DNA of 64,000 nt from Eledone cirrhosa. Lineage: Eukaryota. Positions 1-10,949 of the stretch are shown here, in pieces. The notes beneath the pieces were generated by a model. The model had not been told where the DNA came from. It saw only the letters and a list, made by a program, of their open reading frames with translations, and ran no database searches. Positions within the stretch are counted from its first letter, which is position 1, and each line of letters begins with the position of its first letter. The stretch covers positions 217,682,001 to 217,746,000 of the forward strand of contig OZ024743.1 in assembly GCA_964016885.1 (NCBI GenBank), written 5' to 3'. Made by a program: the position numbers and the translations under genes.

Positions 1-1864
1 GTTAATATTAATTGTGGAATCTTTCAGGGTGACTCTTTATCACCGCTTTTATTCTGCATCGCACATATACCATATATGAAATGCTCAATGAAACAAAACA
101 TGGATACAAAACCATTAATCACTTATTCTACATGGATGACCCGAAACTATTTGCAAAAAAATGATGAACAATTGCAAGGGCTATTATCCACTGTAGAGCA
201 GTTCAGTGATGACATTAAAATGGAGTTTGGACTAGATAAACGCGCCAAAGCAACGTTCACCAGAGGAAAGCTGCTGAAAAGTTCAGACATTAATCTTGAT
301 CGGGGGAAAGTGATAAGAGAACTTGATCAAGAGGAAACTTACAAATATCTAGGTGTTTGTGAAGGAGACGGAATCAAGCACTCGACAAAGAGGGAAAGGA
401 TAAGGAAGGAATGTTACCGCAGAGTAAGAGCATCTTAAGAACGGAATTGAATGCAGGGAATAAGATTGATGCCATAAACACGCTTGCCATACCAGTAGTA
501 ACCTACAGTTACAATGTCATCAACTGGTCAAGCACAGAGATCCGTAGGCTCGATACAATCATTAGAAAATACTTAACCATGCACAGAATGCATCACCCTA
601 AGGCAGATACAGATAGAATATATCTCCCTAGGAAGGAAGTAGGACGTGGGTTAATCCAGTTAGATATTGCGTTGAAAACTGCAACAATTGGATTATCTAC
701 ATATCTAAGGGAATCACATGATTGGATGATCAAACTCGTTTTGAAACATGAAAGCATCAAAAGATCATACACCATTTACAAGAGATCATACTCCATTACA
801 AAAGATGCACCAAGATACAGTAATGGACTACAAATCCAGAAGTTACATTTACTGCTGAAATAAAAAACACAGAAAAAGCAAATTAGGTAAAAGTAACTGC
901 AAAGAAAGAACTGCTACACAAACTGGCTAAAAAATGGTAAGAAAAGCCTCTGTATGGAAAATACCCAGAAAGAGCTAACAATCCTGATGTTGACAAAACT
1001 TTAACCCATCAGTGGTTGGCATCCTCTGGACTGAAATCGGAAACTGAAGGACTGATTATATCAGCAAAAGATCAGTGTCTGCCAACAAAAAATTACCAAG
1101 CCAACATAATAAAAAATGGATGCAACCCATTATGCCGTGTATGTAAAAAACAACCAGAGACCATTGATCATATAATTTCAATGTGCAGTCCTATAGCTCC
1201 AACCGAATACCTAAATAGGCATGTCAGAGCTGCACAATACATACATTGGATAATGTGTAAACATTTTGACCTGCCCCATCAAAAGAATTGGTGGGAGCAT
1301 CAACCACCTCCCATACTTGAAAAAGATCACATCTCAATCTTGTGGAACTTTACCATCGAAACAGACCGAAAAATAGTTGCAAATAGACTTGATATAATAC
1401 TGAAGGACTTTAAAAAGAGGGTATGCCTGCTAATTGATATGTCCGTTCCAATAGACAAGAATGTATCTATAAAAACATTTGAAAAATTGAGCAAGTATAA
1501 GGACCTGGAGATAGAAATTGGAAAAATGTTGAAATTGAGAACTAAAAAAATGCCATTGGTTGTAGGCTCTCTAGGAATGATACCTAAGGGGTCTAATGAT
1601 TACTTATCGCAAATCCCAGGAAACCCGCGTATAGGAGAAATACAAAAGATAGTACTAATGGGAACTGCCCATATACTTAGGAAGATTCTGTCAATATAAG
1701 TACATCACAAGTCTAAACACCTAAAGATGCATGTGTGTGTATGTATGTTCTTTCTTGAACATGGCGGACCTTATTGTCCCTTGAGGTCACTGGTTGTGAC
1801 ATGGTGATAACTCGTATGGACATAAAGCAAGATAAATGCAACTGTAATGATAATAATAATAATA
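1..1864 (+). mobile_element. Degenerate R4/Dong-like RLE non-LTR retrotransposon, 3' portion (family distinct from the one at 2101)
   Basis: Starts in RT ([13 protein letters not shown] at 16-54). YKYLG, DRIYLPRKEVGRGL, CCHC CRVC..ETIDHIISMC, RH and endonuclease-like LDIILKD..DMSVP are spread over frameshifted ORFs 76-438, 411-863 and 1016-1699. Ends in an (AAT)n tail. Confidence 0.9.
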
Positions 1865-2050
1865 ATTGTTTCTACTTTAGGCACAAGGCCAGCAATTATC
1901 CCAGTGTATTACTGTTACTTTATTTTATCGCTCCCGTAAGGATGAAAGGCAAAGTTAACCTCGGCGGGATTTGAACTCAGACCATAAAGGGCCGTAACTC
2001 TATGCTGCAAAGCATGGCATCCGGCCCTCTACCGATACTGCCAATCCACC
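1865..2050 (-). mobile_element. tRNA-derived SINE (family 1)
   Basis: Minus strand has A-box-like TGGCAGTATCGG, B-box GAGTTCAAATCC and central CTTTGCCTTTCATCCTTACGGG (Deu/Nin-domain-like, from memory). Ends AGTAGAAACAATTATT. Multiple copies in window. Confidence 0.88.
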
Positions 2051-2057
2051 ATCCTTT

Positions 2058-2060
<3 letters not shown>

Positions 2061-2100
<40 letters not shown>
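2061..2100. repeat. (AAT)n microsatellite at 5' junction of R4/Dong element
   Basis: Direct reading. Confidence 0.95.
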
Positions 2101-5100
2101 GGGAAGAAGACGCACGAGGTGACGGAGGTCATGAAATCGCTCCCGTAAGTTTTGAATTTTTAACATATTTAAACCATTTGTGAAATAACAACTCTTAGCA
2201 CAAATGCTACGTAAAGCACCCGGCTTGAGCCCCAAAAAATTCGGACCCAAAATATATTGTTATAAGGCTCAAATATTCAAATATTCAACTTTGTATTGTA
2301 CACTGTATATCCAAAAAAAAAATGGCTATAAATGGAAGAAGAACCCCTCCCCTCCTCTCCTCTGGCTACACTATATAGGACAGCTAAACTCACCAACACC
2401 AGAAACTAGATACACCACCCACCCCATCATCTGTGTACACTAAACACAACAGCCATATAACGACACATTTTCACCTTCACCGCCACCGCTCACTACGGCC
2501 ATCATTACCACCACTATCCCATCACCGCCGCCACCACCCCTTGACTCCGCTACAGCACCATCACTACAGTAATACGGTCACATCACCGCCACCACTGCCT
2601 CGGTATCGACATCACCGCCACCACTGTCTCAGTATCGCTAACGCCGCCAGTCTCCCACTTCCCTGCTGGCTGCTACTTCCACATTATAGAATTCCTACTA
2701 CTAACAAAGAGGAAGGCATCAAAATATATAGATAGACCCAAAAGAAAAAAGAAAAAACAAACAACAAAACCAAAGCAGCACGGCGACAACAGCAAAAACC
2801 GAGAAAAACAAACAGAGAAAAACAAAAACAAAAAACAGAAACCCCAAAAACGTAAAGAAAATAAGAATGAAGGGAGAAGCAGGCGGACGGACAGAGAAGA
2901 GGGGGGAAAAAGTAAAACTTAAAAAACTAAAACTAAGTCAGACATTCGAACACTACATTACAATGAAACTTATGCTTATTCATTTCTGGGGCCCTTTCTG
3001 CCTGTGTGTTTGTTTGTTTATGTGTGTTCGTATACAGCGTGGCGATAATGCCACACAAGGGCCAAGTGGGATGGCGGATCCACAGATGGCTATGTAAACA
3101 TACATTCGCCAATCCTCGATAAGAGTGTTTAAATATCGAACATAAACAGTTCGAATAACGGTGAAATGGAGACTAGAACGTCATGTGACAGACTCTCACC
3201 CAACAGGTGCCCCCTGGCTCAGCAGCAGGAACCTGACTGTCAACCAAATACTGCTGATGTTGGAGGAAGGAGAAGAAGGAAAGGGGCCAGAACCAACTGG
3301 ACGAAAGAATTGAATAGAACTGTTATGCAATGCTACCTGAAAAGTAACCCCAAGGAGAGGGGCTACAGGAGACGGATGCATAACATCTGGAACGAGATTG
3401 GTTTATTTAAATTAGATGAACAAAAATTGGCCGGGCAAGCTCGGGTAATAAGAACTAATGGGTGGATAAGCGAGCTGGAACTGGAGGAACTGAGCAGAGA
3501 GAATGGCTTGGAGATGGCGGGTGTAGTATGCCAGACAAGCGAGCCGGTGGGAAATGAAGGTGAGGAGGTCCTGAGAACGGAGGAACCACCCGAAGCAGAC
3601 AATGATCTGAGTACTGAGATAAATAATACCTGGAACAGAGATACGGCCACTGAGGAGATGAATGCTGACGGGCTAGGACAAGATTCGGTTGACATCCTAA
3701 ATTTAGTGGTAGATGAATTGAACAATGATAGTGGGAGACCTATGAACCTAAGATTTGTAGACAGGAAAAAGTTAAAAGAAACAACAGCTAAGGTAAACAA
3801 AGTCATCCCATACCTTGAGGCGAGGAGCCTTCACCAGTGCAACAATATCCTCAGAGCAACAGCAAATACGGTGAGGAAACTACTTGGTATAAAAGCGAGA
3901 GGAAACAACAGACAAGAAAGAGCAGAGCCGTGGTGGAAAAAGCGACTGAGTGGGCAAATCGGGGAAATGAGAAATGACATAGGAAAGCTTGAGTCACTAC
4001 TGAATGGGACACTAAAAAACATAGGCACTAAAAATAGACTGGAAATAAAATACAAAACTAGGAGTAAAAAGCTAAATATTATCATAGAGGAATTGAAGCA
4101 ACGCATTGTAGCAAAGAGTGCAAAAATCAGGCGATACGAGAACAGAGTCAGTCAGTATAAACAGAACCGCATGTTCGACAACAACCAGAAGATGCTGTTT
4201 GGACAGCTTGAGGGCAAAGAAAGAGGCAACGACTTGATCCCTGGGGCGGAGCAAACTAAAACATTCTGGAGAGGAATATGGGAGCAGGATGTTAGACACA
4301 ATGCCCAGGCAGGGTGGATTGAGACAGTACAGAGGGAGATCGGTGAGCAGGCACAGCAACAGACTGATTTGAGTATCACAGTTGAAACTCTTAAGGGGCA
4401 AGCCAAAAAACTAACCAACTGGAAATCACCAGGCCCAGATGGTGTGCAGGGGTATTGGATTAAACATCTAACATCCCTCCACCCGAAGCTGACAGCCATG
4501 TTCAATGAATGCTTGGTGTCGGGTGAGGTGCCAGAGTGGTTGACAAAAGGTACCACAGTTCTGATAATGAAAGACCGAATCAAGGGTAATGATGCTACCA
4601 ACTATAGACCTATCACATGTCTGCCCGTAATGTGGAAACTGTTGACGAGCATTGTGTCTGAGGAAATCTACCATCACCTCCACACAAACAACTTGTTACC
4701 GGACGAACAGAAAGGATGCCGAAAGAAGTCACGTGGTACAAAGGACCAGTTGCTTATTGATAAGATGGTAATGGGGAATTGCAGGAGGAGACACACTGAT
4801 CTTGCCATGGGATGGATAGACTACAGAAAGGCATTTGACATGGTGCCTCATTCCTGGATCACCAAAAGCCTGGAGATCTTCAGGGTGGCGGATAACATCA
4901 GACAGTTGCTAGGCAGGAGTATGGGGTCCTGGGAGACAGAGTTGACATCAACTGGAGTATCCTTGGGAAGCGTGAAGATCAAGAGAGGTATCTTCCAGGG
5001 AGATAGCCTGTCCCCTCTGTTGTTTGTCCTTGCCCTGATGCCCTTGACCATTATGCTGCGAAAAGTGAGAGCAGGATACAAGTTGGGAAGGGGAGAGCTT

Positions 5101-6665
5101 ACCATCAATCACCTCCTCTTCATGGACGATCTTAAGCTCTTCGGGAAAAGTGAGAAGGAGTTGGATGTGCTTGTTGACACTGTCCGTATTTTCAGCAGTG
5201 ATATATGTATGCAGTTTGGTATTGGTAAATGTGGAGTCATTGTGATGAAGAGGGGTAGGTTGAGCAGAAGTAACGGGATCCAGATACCAACAGGTGAGAT
5301 GATAAAGGAAATTGACTCTGAGGAAGGATACAAGTATTTGGGCGTTCTGGAGGCTGATGGCATAAAGAACAAAAAAATGAAGGAATTGTTAAGAACTGAA
5401 TACATTCGGAGAGTAAGGAGCGTATTGAAGTCACATCTGAACAGCAGAAATGCCATAAGCGCAGTAAATTCCCGAGCTGTGTCTATTATTAGGTACAGTG
5501 CGGGAATTCTGAGATGGAATGTTGCTGAACAGAAAGAAATGGATAGGAAGACTAGGAAGCTATTGACTATCTACAACATGTTCCACAAGAGGAGTGATGT
5601 CGATAGACTCTACCTAAGGAGATCTGAGGGTGGAAGAGGTCTTATCAGCATAGAGGACTGTGTTCAGATGGAGAAAAACAACCTATACAAATACGTGACC
5701 TATAGTAAGGAGCCAATGCTCAGAGCTGTACTGAAGGAGGGGACAGTAGGCCAGGGGATGTCCAGGGAGGAAATAACATCAAGGAGGAAGAGCAGCCTTA
5801 AGGGAAAACCCCTTCATGGTACCTTCTTTGAGAAAACTGAATTTAGAGATCCACAGACATGGAACTGGTTGAGAAGAGGAGACCTCAAAAAGGCTACAGA
5901 AGGAATACTAATGGCTGCGCAGGAGCAGGCCCTCAAAACGAAGTGGTTGAAGCACCATATCTACAAGGAGGAGGCCAGCCCACTGTGCAGGATCTGTGGA
6001 GAGAGAGAGGAGACTGTGGCTCACATTGTGTCCGAGTGTAAACACCTAGCCCAGACCCACTATAAGGGCTGGAGACACGATGTGATGGGCAGGGTGATCC
6101 ACTGGCACCTGTGCAAAGTAAACAATCTACCACATTCTGAGAAATGTTATGAGCATAGGCCAGAGGCGATGATGGAGAACAATCAGGTGAAGGTGCTGTG
6201 GGATTTTAGGATACAGACGGACAAAAAACTGGAACACAATAGACCTGACCTGGTGGTTGTGGACAAAGAAAAAAGATCGTGCCTGATTGTGGATGTGGCC
6301 AGCCCGTTCGACACGAGAGTGCAAGAGAAGGAGAGGGAGAAAATTAACCGATACCAGGACCTAAAGTGGGAGGTGAAAAGGATTTGGAACTGCCATGGAG
6401 TCAAAGTGATCCCGATTGTCATAGGCGCACTGGGGACTATCTCCAAAAGTTTCCAGGGATGGTTAAAGAAAATCGGCCCCTTCACGCTTTTTGGAACGCT
6501 TCAAAAGGCATGCTTGCTTGGAACAGCAAGAACCCTCCGATACGTCCTGAATATCTGAGGCTGCAGGTAGTGGCTTGATATTCAATCCAACGGACTTTCC
6601 AGTTAACCAACATCAATGACTGAGATTCAAGGAATAACAATAACAATAATAATAATAATAATAAT
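2101..6665 (+). mobile_element. Full-length R4/Dong-clade RLE non-LTR retrotransposon (family A, copy 1)
   Basis: About 1 kb 5' UTR, single long ORF, short 3' UTR ending ...TTCAAGGAATAACAATAACAATAATAAT, with (AAT)n on both sides. Homologous copies at 21.4-25.5 kb, 25.7-27.7 kb and 27.7-31.6 kb. Confidence 0.92.
3166..6558 (+). CDS. R4/Dong polyprotein: N-terminal Myb-like domain, reverse transcriptase, CCHC zinc knuckle, restriction-like endonuclease
   Basis: Uninterrupted 1130 aa. Motifs [101 protein letters not shown]. Confidence 0.95.
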   Translation: METRTSCDRLSPNRCPLAQQQEPDCQPNTADVGGRRRRKGARTNWTKELNRTVMQCYLKSNPKERGYRRRMHNIWNEIGLFKLDEQKLAGQARVIRTNGWISELELEELSRENGLEMAGVVCQTSEPVGNEGEEVLRTEEPPEADNDLSTEINNTWNRDTATEEMNADGLGQDSVDILNLVVDELNNDSGRPMNLRFVDRKKLKETTAKVNKVIPYLEARSLHQCNNILRATANTVRKLLGIKARGNNRQERAEPWWKKRLSGQIGEMRNDIGKLESLLNGTLKNIGTKNRLEIKYKTRSKKLNIIIEELKQRIVAKSAKIRRYENRVSQYKQNRMFDNNQKMLFGQLEGKERGNDLIPGAEQTKTFWRGIWEQDVRHNAQAGWIETVQREIGEQAQQQTDLSITVETLKGQAKKLTNWKSPGPDGVQGYWIKHLTSLHPKLTAMFNECLVSGEVPEWLTKGTTVLIMKDRIKGNDATNYRPITCLPVMWKLLTSIVSEEIYHHLHTNNLLPDEQKGCRKKSRGTKDQLLIDKMVMGNCRRRHTDLAMGWIDYRKAFDMVPHSWITKSLEIFRVADNIRQLLGRSMGSWETELTSTGVSLGSVKIKRGIFQGDSLSPLLFVLALMPLTIMLRKVRAGYKLGRGELTINHLLFMDDLKLFGKSEKELDVLVDTVRIFSSDICMQFGIGKCGVIVMKRGRLSRSNGIQIPTGEMIKEIDSEEGYKYLGVLEADGIKNKKMKELLRTEYIRRVRSVLKSHLNSRNAISAVNSRAVSIIRYSAGILRWNVAEQKEMDRKTRKLLTIYNMFHKRSDVDRLYLRRSEGGRGLISIEDCVQMEKNNLYKYVTYSKEPMLRAVLKEGTVGQGMSREEITSRRKSSLKGKPLHGTFFEKTEFRDPQTWNWLRRGDLKKATEGILMAAQEQALKTKWLKHHIYKEEASPLCRICGEREETVAHIVSECKHLAQTHYKGWRHDVMGRVIHWHLCKVNNLPHSEKCYEHRPEAMMENNQVKVLWDFRIQTDKKLEHNRPDLVVVDKEKRSCLIVDVASPFDTRVQEKEREKINRYQDLKWEVKRIWNCHGVKVIPIVIGALGTISKSFQGWLKKIGPFTLFGTLQKACLLGTARTLRYVLNI

Positions 6666-6820
6666 ATATGTAGAAATAATAATAATATATGTAGAAATAA
6701 ACACAGTAAATTGTGTGTCTAAAATTACGAGGGTTGAAAAACCACATTGGTTTGATAAATTTAACATGAAACAAACGGAAGATATAGAATATATATACAG
6801 AACATCTCAATAACTATTTC

Positions 6821-6909
6821 ATCTCCTGGACAGATTAGATGTTTAATCTGTTTCGCCCTTAAAATTCTGTTTGTAACAGATAATCCGTACGCTTTCCTCA
6901 GCGAGAGAT
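6821..6909 (-). ncRNA. Type I hammerhead ribozyme motif
   Basis: Minus: atctctcg CTGAGGA [stem II region] GAA acagatta-aacatc-taatctgt C caggagat. 8-bp stem III, GUC triplet, imperfect stems I and II. Confidence 0.7.
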
Positions 6910-7151
6910 AAGATGAATGGCACAAACGCATACAACTGAAAGCCACACGAATGAATATCTCACCTCGTGCGTTGGACGTTAGAAGTGGTGTGAGTGGATA
7001 TGCTAAAAACAATAGCCTTAAAACACCCAACTTATAAGCTCACCTAGTTCGGGAGCCGAAATAGAAATAAAATACAGAGTTACTAACTCATATTGATACC
7101 CTGTAGTTAACAAGCTCAAAGTATAAATACTGAGCATTATATAATAATATA

Positions 7152-7337
7152 AGGGCGGTGGATTGGCAGTATCGGTAGAGGGTTTGACGCCATGCTTTCC
7201 AGCATAGTTGCGTCCCTTTATGATCTGAGTTCAAATCCCGCCGAGGTTGACTTTGCCTTTCATCCTTACGAGGTCGATAAAATAAAGTACCAGTAATGCA
7301 CTGGGTAATTGCTGGCCTTGTGCCTAAAGTAGAAACA
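7152..7337 (+). mobile_element. SINE family 1 with 16-bp target-site duplication
   Basis: A/B boxes present; ATTATATAATAATATA at 7136-7151 and 7338-7353. Confidence 0.9.
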
Positions 7338-7685
7338 ATTATATAATAATATATCTAGAAATAATATATCTAGAAATAAACACAGTAAATTGTGTGTCTA
7401 AAATTATGAGGGTTGAAATACCACATTGGTTTGATAAATTTAACCTGAAGCAAACGGAAGATATAGAATATATATACAGAACATCTCAATAACTATTTCA
7501 TCTCACGGACAGATTAGATATTTAATCTGTTTCGCCCTGAAAATTGTGTTTGTAAGAGCTAATCCGTTATTTGTATATATATATATATATATAATGAAAA
7601 AATTTTTTGAACAGGGACAAAACAGAGAGGCAGTACAATAAATGTTTATTAATTTCACGCTCACGAGAGTGGGGGGTAGGTGGGG

Positions 7686-7720
7686 GACGACGTTTCGGGC
7701 ATAAGCCCTTCCTCAGGTGA
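7686..7720 (-). ncRNA. Minimal type I hammerhead ribozyme in PLE pLTR
   Basis: Minus: CTGAGGA A GGGC TTAT GCCC GAAAC GTC. Palindromic ACGT stem III; stem I is very short. Confidence 0.8.
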
Positions 7721-9232
7721 GAAGTGTGTGGGAACAGAGTTCAAAAGGTGTGTAGGGGAGTGGTGGAGAGACATATAGCGAAAGGAAACGGTGCGAATGA
7801 AAAAAAACAAATAAAGATAAAAAATAAAAATAAAAATAAAGCATGATCAAAATACAAGGAATGAGAAAATTTAAAAATAAAGGCAAGATCAAAATAAACT
7901 GAAATTAAAAGGGGGTAAACAGGTGGTGGAAGGGTGTGGGGTGAGTAGGGGTGGTGGCGGGTGGAGTGGGGAGAGGGAGACGGGGTGTCCGAGCGGGGAG
8001 GGCTGAAGGTGGTGTGTGTGTAGGTGTGCGTGTGTGTGTGTGTGTGTATGTGAAAGTAAGGGTTGGGGGAAAAACGGGGTTGCATGTTCAGGAAGGGGTG
8101 TGTGTGGGGGGTGTTTTTGTGGGTCGGAGTGTCTGTGCGTGTGTGGATAGGGGGGTGGGGGGAGAGGAATCAGGAGGCTTAGGGTGTAAATATGTGGTGG
8201 GAAGCACGTGTGTGTGGGGTTTAGGCGTGCTGTGGGTGTGGGTGGCGTGTGGAGAAAAAATTTTTTGGGGGTGTGTGTGCGGGTGAGTTATATAGGTGAT
8301 TACGCAAGAGGATGGTTGAAAAGTTGGTAAGCTCCAAGGATGTTTAGTAGATTGTTTGTAAGTCAAATTCTGCGTGTGGGTAATCCATGAAGTGGTGGTC
8401 GGAAGAGGAGAGAGGTGGGGTGCGCGCGCAACAGGAAGTGGTCAGCAGTGGGAGTGGTGTGGTCTGTTGGTGCTGGGAGGTGGCCAGAGGGCACAGCAGC
8501 AGTCAGTGGAATGGTAGGGGGGGAGGATGGGTAGGTGTGAAAGTTGGAGTGAGGAGGGTGTGTGTGTGTGTGTGTATTAGTAGGGGTGTTAGTGGGATGA
8601 GTGAGTGTGGAGCGAGGGTGTGGGTGGAGTGGGGAGAGAAAGGTGTGTGTGGTTCTATGGAGGGAGTGTGGTGTACTGGTGTGTGTGTAGTTTGATGAAG
8701 AGATGTTAGTGAGTGTTAGTATACGGGAGGTGGGGAGGGGTTGAATGCAGGTGTGAGTGGGGGTTAGTGGTGATAGGGTGTGTAGAGTTGCTGGTGTACG
8801 AGGGTGTGTGGGTACGTGTGCGTGGGGTTGGGGGGTGTTAGTGATGTTAGTTGCGTGTGGGGTGGGTGGTGTAAGTGGGTGCGTGTGTTCGTGTGCTTGG
8901 GGTTAGGGGTTGTTAGTGAGGTTAGTTGCGAGGTGGTGGGATGGAGGTGTGGGGGTGAGAGGTGTGGGGGTGAGGGTTAGTGGTGGTAGTAGGGTGTGTG
9001 TTTAGTGTGAGCGCGTGTATATATGTGCCGGTGGGTGTGTGCATGTGATAAGGAGGGGGGAGGAGGAGAAGAGGGGAGGGAAGGAATATTAGTATGTTAG
9101 TTGGGGAAGGGTGGTCAGAAGAGGGGTGGAGTGGAGGTGTTAGTATTGTTAGTGTGAGGTGGGCGGTGAAAAGGAGGGGTGTGTTAGTGGTGTTAGTGGG
9201 GGATAAGTGTGGGGGAGGGGGGCGGTCGAACG

Positions 9233-10677
9233 CTAAAGGAATAAGGGTGGGGAGTTCAGGCCGGGGGGAGTGTGGGTCTGTAAGATGAAGATAGTTCGGT
9301 GTTCGACCGTAAGGCGATGGGCGGGTGTTCCGTGGCACTGGAGTAGGCCACAGACTGTGAGATGGCGTGCGGAGTGTCCAGGGCCACCAAAGTGGCGGGC
9401 GATGGGGGAACTGCCCCCGAGACGAATATCCCGGAGGTGCTCCGTGACTCGGTCCGCCAGGCGACGTCCCGTCTGTCCGACATAGTCTGTAGAGTAGGTT
9501 GGAGGAGGTGCAGCGGAAGGCATGCCGGACCGAGAGAGAGTGGCCGTTGGGACCCTGGAAGATGGTGGTGTTGGTGATGTGGGGACAGGTGTTGCAGCGG
9601 GGCCTAGAACAGGGAAAGGAACCGGGGGTGGGGGAAGAGCGTGGGTTGGGGGGTAGGGAGCTGTGGACGAGGAGGGTGCGGAGATTGCGTGCGCGTTTGA
9701 AGGAGGGGAGTGGTGGGGTTGGGAAGATGTGGGAGGTGGAGGGGTCGGACTGGACGCGTCGGAAGAGGCGGCGGATGGTGCGGTGGAGGGGTAGGTGGAG
9801 GTGTGGTAGGTGATGGGGAAGGGGAGACGGTGGGTGGGTGTGCGGTGGCGTGGGGTGAGGGTGGTGGACCGGGGGACAGCACGGGCGCGGGTGAGAGCGG
9901 TGTAGACGAGGGGGGGGGGGGGGGGTAACCTCTGCGGATGAAATGGCTGACTAGGGAAAGGGCCTGGGACTCGAAGTCAGCATCACAGCTACAGAGGCGG
10001 CGGATCCTGAGAAGTTGGGAGTAGGGAATGGAGTGTTTAGTGTGGGTGGGGTGAGAAGAGGTGAAGTCGAGGTAAGAGTGGGAGTCCGTGGGTTTGAAGA
10101 AGGCGGAGGTGACGAGGGAGTGGTGGGAGAGGTCGAAGGCGACGGAGATGTCTAAGAAGTGGACGTGGGTGGTGGAGATAGAGATGGTGAAGTGGAGGGA
10201 GGGGTGGAAGGAGCAGAAGAAGGAGAGAAAGGAGTCGAGCTGTACTCGGGTGAGGGTCGTGGCTCCGATACAGTCGTCAATGTAACGACCGTACAGTTCG
10301 GGCGTGGGGCCGGTGTACTGGGAAAAGATTTGGGCCTCAACATGGCCAACAAAAAGGTTGGTATAGTTCGGGCCCATTCTTGTGCCCATGGCTACCCCCG
10401 TGACCTGTTGGTAAAACTCACCCGAGAAGGAGAAACAATTTAGGGTGAGGACCAGCTCGGCGAGGCGAAGGAGGGTGGGGGTGGCGGGAATGGGGGAGGG
10501 GCGAAGGTCGAGGTAGTGTTTGAGGGCGCGAAGGCCGTCGGCGTGGGGGATGACTGTATAGAGGGACTTGATGTCTAGGGTGAAGAGGAAGGGCTGTGGG
10601 CCGGGTAGGTAGGTGAAGGAGTCGAAAAGGCGCAGGGCGTGGTTGGTGTCGGAGATGTGGGAGGGGAGGGTGGTGAC
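9233..10677 (-). pseudogene. PLE reverse transcriptase + GIY-YIG endonuclease, frameshifted
   Basis: LFTLDIKSLYTVIPH, GVAMGTRMGPNY, YGRYIDD, HFLDI, FKPTDSHSYLDFTSSHP, IPYSQLLRIRRLCS, then YVGQTGRRLADRVTEH and PPGLN. Confidence 0.9.
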
Positions 10678-10863
10678 AATAAATAAAATGCAATATGTTG
10701 AAAAGGTAACACACTAGAGAGAGATACAGTGCGCCATCAATAAAACAGGGAAAAACCACCAGTGAATGGAATCTATAACCTATGAAAGGCACGATAATTA
10801 GACATATAGACACGATAATTAAAAATATAAATTAAAGCCTAAATAAATACCTCTATAACTATA

Positions 10864-10949
10864 TAACACACGTACTAACCCAAAGTGTTCTGTTTCGACA
10901 GTAAGATGTTGACAGAAATGAAATAACCCAGGTTCATCAGCGTGTGTTA
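10864..10949 (-). ncRNA. Type I hammerhead motif in a separate non-coding pLTR-like fragment (about 10680-11240)
   Basis: Minus: taacacacg CTGATGA ... GAAAC ... GTA cgtgtgtta. Perfect 9-bp stem I; stem II poorly paired. Confidence 0.65.

Larger units (their letters stand above)
6667..7567 (-). repeat. Direct tandem repeat of a non-coding HHR-bearing unit (about 6667-6890 repeated at about 7350-7567), interrupted by a SINE
   Basis: Near-identical 220-bp blocks (TAGAAATAAACACAGTAAATTGTG...TAATCCGT). Confidence 0.85.
7593..10677 (-). mobile_element. 5'-truncated Penelope-like element with long CA-rich 3' region and pLTR, ending at (TA)n
   Basis: PLE RT and GIY-YIG coding remnants followed by a sense-strand HHR. 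Confidence 0.88.

Noticed and set aside
1865-2050. tRNA gene
   Set aside because: A/B boxes belong to a multi-copy SINE head; no complete cloverleaf.
2101-2150. Possible 5'-terminal ribozyme at the R4 start
   Set aside because: Only a short GGGA/TCCC complementarity; no nested double pseudoknot visible.
3100-3170. Possible HDV-like ribozyme (TCCTCG loop-like motif plus hairpin) in the R4 5' UTR
   Set aside because: Could not assemble P1, P1.1 and the catalytic C in correct register; kept only as a generic structured region.
3196-6485. Recurrent antisense ORFs inside the R4 copies
   Set aside because: Shadows of the sense ORF; they recur only because the copies are near-identical.
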